This document shows positions 27,033 through 32,000 of a stretch of DNA of 32,000 bases, piece by piece (positions within the stretch are counted from its first letter, which is position 1; each line of letters opens with the position of its first letter). The notes beneath the pieces are model-generated. The model worked only from the letters and a program-made list of their open reading frames with translations, did no database searches and was not told the origin of the DNA. The stretch spans positions 1 through 32,000 of the forward strand of contig DAOVER010000004.1 of assembly GCA_030668875.1 (NCBI GenBank), read 5' to 3'. The position numbers were made by a program, and so were the translations under genes. The stretch is from Candidatus Heimdallarchaeota archaeon (GTDB lineage Archaea > Asgardarchaeota > Heimdallarchaeia > Heimdallarchaeales > Heimdallarchaeaceae).

Positions 27033-28846
27033 GCCTTTTATCAGATTTAGAATCTTTACCTTTAGAACCCGGAGTTTATCTAATTAAGGATAAAGATGAA
27101 AAAATTGTATATGTCGGTAAAGCTAAAAACATTCGAAACCGAGTAAAACAACATTTTCAAACTACTCATGACCCAAAAGAGGATAAACTACAGGAGTTAG
27201 CTAGTAGAGTAGATTGGGTGATTACAAGAAATGAATCAGAGGCTCTAATTTTAGAAAAGAAATTAGTGAAACAGCTTTCACCTAGATTAAACAGCCAACT
27301 GAAAGATGACAAATCACATCTTCTAATTCGTATATCGATGGAAGATGAATACCCTCAGTTTTATATTGCTAGAGAAACTGATTCTAGAATTCCTAAAAGT
27401 GTATACTTTGGTCCCTTTACCAATGATACGATGCTTAGACAAACAGCAAAACTTGTTCTGAAACTATTTCCAATATGTGATTGTGGGAAGTGTAAAGAAC
27501 AAACTAGAAAAAGTAAAGCTCCTCTACGTTGCATGAGAGAACGATTGGGCAGGTGCTTAGCTCCATGTTTAAATGACGTTTCTCCTGAAGAATATGGAAA
27601 AACAGTCAAAAACGTTATCGCTTTTCTAAAGGGCGACGTTGCTGATTTACTTGATAATCTTGGAAGGGAAATGTGGACAGCTTCTGAAGGATCAAATTTC
27701 GAAAAAGCTGCAAACCTGCGTGACCTTATTCAAGCTGTTTATACAATTTTGAACATACAAAAAGATCTACACTCAAAGAAAAGGAATGTTGACTTATTGG
27801 CTTATAGAGAAGAGGATAGTATCCTTTCTTTATGTAAGATAGAAATTCGAGAATACAGAATTCACAACATTAAAGCTTTCATTTATGACGAGAAAGAAGA
27901 GATGTTAAATCTGGGTGAAGTGTTAACCTACATCTATGGTTTAGAGAAACCGAGATATAAGATTCAAGCTAGTAATGACTTCATTTCTAGGTTCAAGAAT
28001 AATATTGGTTTCCAAATTTTAAGTATTAGAGGAGATACAGCTAAACAACTAAACGATGTTACAGAGAAGAATGCATCTAAAGAATTACAAAAGTATATGC
28101 GAGAATTAAAACACCATGAGGACGCGGAAACCGTTCTAGAGGAAGTGAAAACCATTCTTTGTTTAGATAAAATGCCGGAGATAATACATGGTTTTGATAT
28201 ATCGACATTGAAAGGGCAACATTCAGTAGGTTCTTGTGTAGTTTTTGCTAATGGGAAACCAAGGAAAGACCTATACAGACGTTTTCGTATTAGAAAAGAA
28301 TATTCAGATCCCAATGATTATGAAATGATGAAGGAAGTAATTTCCCGTAGATACAAATCCGACACTCTCAAAAAGGATCCTTTACCGAATCTGCTGATAA
28401 TTGATGGTGGGAAGGGACAACTGAATATTGCTGTAAAAGTTTTAAAGACCTTGCAATTGAACGTTCCAGCAATAAGCATCGCTAAGAAAAACGAGGAAAT
28501 ATTTGTAGAAAATCAAAGCGAACCAATCAAACTTGAACAAAAGTCAGCTGTTCTAAGGTTAATTCAATATGTCAGAGATGAGTCTCACAGGTTTGCAATA
28601 AATTACCACAAGAAGCTAAGAGAAAAGTCTGTAAAGCGGACAATATTCGATGATATCAAGGGAATCGGTAAGAGTAAAGTCCAGGCTCTATTCCACGAAT
28701 ACAAAAACATACAAGAAATTGCTAATTCTGATATATCTGAAATGAAAAAAGTTTTAGCTGTTAATGAAAAAATAGCTACGCAAGTTATAGATTTAGCTAA
28801 AAAAAATTTGAATAAGAACTACATTCGAGAAAATTCGAATAAATAA
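27029..28846 (+). CDS. uvrC: Excinuclease ABC subunit C
   Basis: GVY...YVGKAKN GIY-YIG domain, Cys-rich CLAPC, UVR coil, GFDIS, LLIIDGGKGQ, RDESHRFA, HhH IKGIG. Confidence 0.96.
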   Translation: MSLLSDLESLPLEPGVYLIKDKDEKIVYVGKAKNIRNRVKQHFQTTHDPKEDKLQELASRVDWVITRNESEALILEKKLVKQLSPRLNSQLKDDKSHLLIRISMEDEYPQFYIARETDSRIPKSVYFGPFTNDTMLRQTAKLVLKLFPICDCGKCKEQTRKSKAPLRCMRERLGRCLAPCLNDVSPEEYGKTVKNVIAFLKGDVADLLDNLGREMWTASEGSNFEKAANLRDLIQAVYTILNIQKDLHSKKRNVDLLAYREEDSILSLCKIEIREYRIHNIKAFIYDEKEEMLNLGEVLTYIYGLEKPRYKIQASNDFISRFKNNIGFQILSIRGDTAKQLNDVTEKNASKELQKYMRELKHHEDAETVLEEVKTILCLDKMPEIIHGFDISTLKGQHSVGSCVVFANGKPRKDLYRRFRIRKEYSDPNDYEMMKEVISRRYKSDTLKKDPLPNLLIIDGGKGQLNIAVKVLKTLQLNVPAISIAKKNEEIFVENQSEPIKLEQKSAVLRLIQYVRDESHRFAINYHKKLREKSVKRTIFDDIKGIGKSKVQALFHEYKNIQEIANSDISEMKKVLAVNEKIATQVIDLAKKNLNKNYIRENSNK

Positions 28847-28891
28847 CTATAAAAGACACTAAGTTAATAGATTTATTTAGTGAATAAATAG

Positions 28892-29764
28892 ATGAAAAAA
28901 AGATTATTTGTCAATTTAGGAGTTCTTTTACTTGTTACATCATTGGCTTTTGTTACACCAACAAAAGCAGCAACCAATTGGGGGGTTGAAACAGATGTAA
29001 TAAATAAATATGAATTGATAACTCTCAAGTTGGGAGGTTTAAATTATGCAGATTACTTCGGTGAAAACTTGACTTTGAGAGTAGCTTTTGACAGTTTTGA
29101 TGATACTGGATATACTTATACTACATACAATTCTACAGGAGGCACTTCAGTTAATGAGACAAGGTTTATTGAAATGCCAGTGGGAGAAGAAAATGTAACT
29201 TTACCTGAAGGATTACCTATTGCTTTACCATTATCCATAGGATCAATACCCGATTATCTCCTTTATTTTGGTCAGTTCATAAATACGTCAAATTCGTTCT
29301 ACCTACTTGAAGAATTATTGCTCAATATCACTGAATATGCAAATGTAACATATACTGCAGCACATTCTTTGTTAGATGAAACGTATCTAAAATTATATTT
29401 TGACTTGTTTGCCCCAGAAGTTAATGCGTCAATTCTTTCTGAACTGATGGGAGAAGGTGATACAGGGTTACCAATTGCTTTGCCTGCTAATATAACAGAT
29501 TTCAACCTTAATACAACTATCAAATTTAACTCGACAAGTGGTTTACTCTATGATATGACCTTCATAATACGTTCCCAGTCTCATATTGGTGATTACAAAG
29601 AAGCTTTTGATGTAGATATCAAGTATGCGCTTTATGTTCCTCCTCCTCCCGAACCTACTGAACCTCCTGAAACTGAGCCTACTGAGTCTCCATATCCGTG
29701 GTTTTTACCAACGATTACAGTTTTTGTGATAGCAAGTGTGCTGATAGTTAGAAGAAGGAAATAG
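28892..29764 (+). CDS. Surface glycoprotein with Pro/Glu/Thr linker and C-terminal TM-RRRK anchor
   Basis: Signal peptide, 11 sequons, PPPPEPTEPPETEPTESPYPWF linker, hydrophobic helix, RRRK end. Confidence 0.88.
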   Translation: MKKRLFVNLGVLLLVTSLAFVTPTKAATNWGVETDVINKYELITLKLGGLNYADYFGENLTLRVAFDSFDDTGYTYTTYNSTGGTSVNETRFIEMPVGEENVTLPEGLPIALPLSIGSIPDYLLYFGQFINTSNSFYLLEELLLNITEYANVTYTAAHSLLDETYLKLYFDLFAPEVNASILSELMGEGDTGLPIALPANITDFNLNTTIKFNSTSGLLYDMTFIIRSQSHIGDYKEAFDVDIKYALYVPPPPEPTEPPETEPTESPYPWFLPTITVFVIASVLIVRRRK

Positions 29765-29835
29765 TTCTCCTTATTTCTTCACTTTATTGTGCACAACTTT
29801 TTTTTAATTCTAAATTAATCTTTTCTTGAAATATA

Positions 29836-30951
29836 TTGAATCTTAAACAGGAAGAATATTTGATTCTTAAACACATCCTCAAAGAACCTATCATTCCTTA
29901 TAGCAAATTGGCTGAAAAAATTAAAATCTCTCCTCCAACAGTGAAGAAGAGAATTGAAAAACTAATTGAGGAACAAGTAATCAAAAGCTTCCACGCTGAG
30001 TATCATCCTGAGTCACTAGGTTTAGAAAGTCACATATTTCTCTTGCGTGTAGATTCAATTGATAAATATAGAATCGTAGAAAGAATTGTTGATTATCACC
30101 CATATCTAGTAGTTAGACAGCGATGCTATGGTGGTATAACAGGAATATTTCTAAAAGTACATATCCCTATAGGTTCAATAAATAAATTTCTTGAATTTCT
30201 CAATTACATTAAAGATAACAACCTTATTGCTGAGGTTGTACATTCAACAACAATAGGAACGGGTATTAAAACTCATAGTGATCTTACATATTGGGAACCC
30301 ACCACTGGTAAATGGTTCTTCAATTGGGATATCTGGAAGAAAAATATTGACAGCGTTGATTATATTCCTCAGTTTGACTATTTTCAAAGAATAGCTAGAG
30401 AAAAACCTAAGAACGTTCTAAGCCACCTGAAATATCTTGATTTTCTTTTACTGCAGGAGCTTGTTCGTGATCCTACACAGAAATATGCAGATTTATCAAA
30501 ACAGCTAGGAACACCGCAATACACAATTTCTCGTCGAAAGAAATTTTTGAACAAATATGTTATCCGAAATTATCTTGTAGACGTTGATAGATCGTTCTTT
30601 GGGCTCGAAGATGAGTTAGTTTTCAAAGTTATATGTAGTCAACGTGCGATGACAAAGGTCATTTATCTGATTAAGAATCTTCCCCTTCCTTTTGTATCGG
30701 ATTTTCGTCATACTGAAAAGGGCTTTCTCTGGAAAATGCTTCTTCCTCCTAAGGACAAATTGGAACTAATTAACCTTCTTTGGTCACTATTTCCTGATCT
30801 ACAAATAATGATGCTTGATCCTCAAACAACTGTTACAAAACCATTTAATCCCAATAATTATTCATTTATTGAACAATCTTGGAAGGATTCAGTTGAATAT
30901 ATGATTGAACAATCATTAGATAAAGCTCGTGGTGAATTAATACTTGCATGA
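29836..30951 (+). CDS. Tandem Lrp/AsnC-like winged-HTH protein (probable transcription regulator)
   Basis: Two HTH segments, IPYSKLAEKIKISPPTVKKRIEKL and KYADLSKQLGTPQYTISRR, each followed by a ferredoxin/RAM-like region; TTG start. Confidence 0.78.
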   Translation: MNLKQEEYLILKHILKEPIIPYSKLAEKIKISPPTVKKRIEKLIEEQVIKSFHAEYHPESLGLESHIFLLRVDSIDKYRIVERIVDYHPYLVVRQRCYGGITGIFLKVHIPIGSINKFLEFLNYIKDNNLIAEVVHSTTIGTGIKTHSDLTYWEPTTGKWFFNWDIWKKNIDSVDYIPQFDYFQRIAREKPKNVLSHLKYLDFLLLQELVRDPTQKYADLSKQLGTPQYTISRRKKFLNKYVIRNYLVDVDRSFFGLEDELVFKVICSQRAMTKVIYLIKNLPLPFVSDFRHTEKGFLWKMLLPPKDKLELINLLWSLFPDLQIMMLDPQTTVTKPFNPNNYSFIEQSWKDSVEYMIEQSLDKARGELILA

Positions 30952-30995
30952 GTTTGCTCGTTTAGAAAAGAAGTTTAGTGCCATCTGTTTGGCAT

Positions 30996-32000
30996 TTAGA
31001 CTATTGCTCGAAGCTCATGAACTATGTCATGCTTCATCTGTTTTCTGATTGGACTAATTATTCCTAATACAGCTGCAATTATCAAAGTAACAATCATAAT
31101 AAGTAGAGAGACTACGTCAATGTGTAATGTCATAACCACAACTTCTTGAGATATGAGTAAAGGCTTCAGGAAACTCATTCCCATTAACGTTGTAATAATA
31201 CCTAAGGGTATACCAACTATTATTGTAGCTAAAATGAATATTGATATCTCGTAGATAAGCTGCTTTCTTATATTACTCTGTCTTCCACCTAATGCCATCA
31301 AAACTGCATATTCCCTTCTTCTTTGTTCTAATATGAACTCGGTTGAGATTACAACATACACAATTGCTATGATGTTAACGAAAATTGCTCCAATCAACAA
31401 TACTACAGTAATTGGTGGAATATATCCTGTTATGAAATAGCCAATATAGTCGGGGTTAATTTTCTCTGGATTTACGTTAAACAGAGGATTAAGAACCCTT
31501 ATTTGTTCAGCAATAACTTCAACATCTGCACCATCACTCACATCTGCAAGGAAAAGCGTGCCATTCTCCACACCTAATCCAGTAATAAGTTCCTTGTTTA
31601 CAAGTACCCACTCGTTCGTGATTCTGTTCATTTTAGGATCATGTCCGTGTGCAATCCCTAAACCTGGTGCTGATTCAATAACAGCAGATACATTGAATCG
31701 CATGTAGAATGGCCCTCCTCTAAAATCTGTTACAAACATAGTTTTTCCTACAGAGAAACCAAGTCTTTCGGCTATATATTTACTCAGAATAATCCCTGTT
31801 TGATTCGCTCCTAAATCTGTTAAAGCGTTATCAGCATTAGTTTCTGGGAAACTCTCATCTATCCATCTACCTATATCCAAATAATCTGGTGCATTTATGC
31901 CGAAAACCTCGACATTTTGATAGCCGATTGAGGCTACAATTGAATAGAACCCTAATGTTTTTTCAATTCCAGGGATGCTGCTAATCTTCTCTTCGTATTC
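30996..32000 (-). CDS. FtsX/MacB-like ABC transporter permease, 5'-truncated by the window edge
   Basis: Frame stays open from 31880 to 32000 (EYEEKISSIPGIEK...); QRRREYAVLMALGG motif, three C-terminal TM helices, ending PIRKQMKHDIVHELR. Confidence 0.88.
   Translation of the reverse strand, partial: EYEEKISSIPGIEKTLGFYSIVASIGYQNVEVFGINAPDYLDIGRWIDESFPETNADNALTDLGANQTGIILSKYIAERLGFSVGKTMFVTDFRGGPFYMRFNVSAVIESAPGLGIAHGHDPKMNRITNEWVLVNKELITGLGVENGTLFLADVSDGADVEVIAEQIRVLNPLFNVNPEKINPDYIGYFITGYIPPITVVLLIGAIFVNIIAIVYVVISTEFILEQRRREYAVLMALGGRQSNIRKQLIYEISIFILATIIVGIPLGIITTLMGMSFLKPLLISQEVVVMTLHIDVVSLLIMIVTLIIAAVLGIISPIRKQMKHDIVHELRAIV

Noticed and set aside
2021-29523. Remaining short antisense ORFs in the track (e.g. 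2021, 5252, 5800, 5991, 7893, 9314, 17410, 19058, 21532, 25645, 27361, 27964, 29299)
   Set aside because: All lie within longer genes with clear family motifs and show no independent coding signal
1-32000. Genome-wide stop-codon reassignment
   Set aside because: TAA, TAG and TGA all terminate full-length conserved genes here; only one internal TAG was found

Overview
AT-rich archaeal chromosomal window. Evidence for an archaeon: BRE-TATA promoters, GGTGA-type Shine-Dalgarno sites, an archaeal-style tRNA-Val and sequon-rich surface proteins with C-terminal anchors. An Arf-like protein and tandem Lrp-type wHTH regulator suggest an Asgard archaeon, possibly Heimdallarchaeia (inference). The left half is oriented to peptide scavenging: oligoendopeptidase F, an S9 peptidase and an Opp/Dpp-type ABC operon, plus a 2-hydroxyacid dehydrogenase, an AhpD-like protein, a Thr/Ser dehydratase and two tRNAs (Asn, Val). 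The right half carries a five-gene operon, uvrB-uvrC, a surface glycoprotein, a regulator and a truncated FtsX-like permease. Two candidate undescribed systems stand out. (1) 18401-24324: an Arf-like protein with degenerate G motifs, an AAA+ ATPase, a MIDAS-VWA protein, a zincin-like protein lacking the catalytic Glu and a HEAT-repeat protein. (2) 13555-16167: an OppB permease fused to a four-TM module with an extracellular seven-bladed LVIVD beta-propeller, in an operon with no solute-binding protein. Also seen: an in-frame TAG in the dehydrogenase N-terminus and a sharp codon-usage patch inside oppD. No CRISPR array, rRNA or intact mobile element was found. All family assignments come from motif recognition by eye, not database searches.
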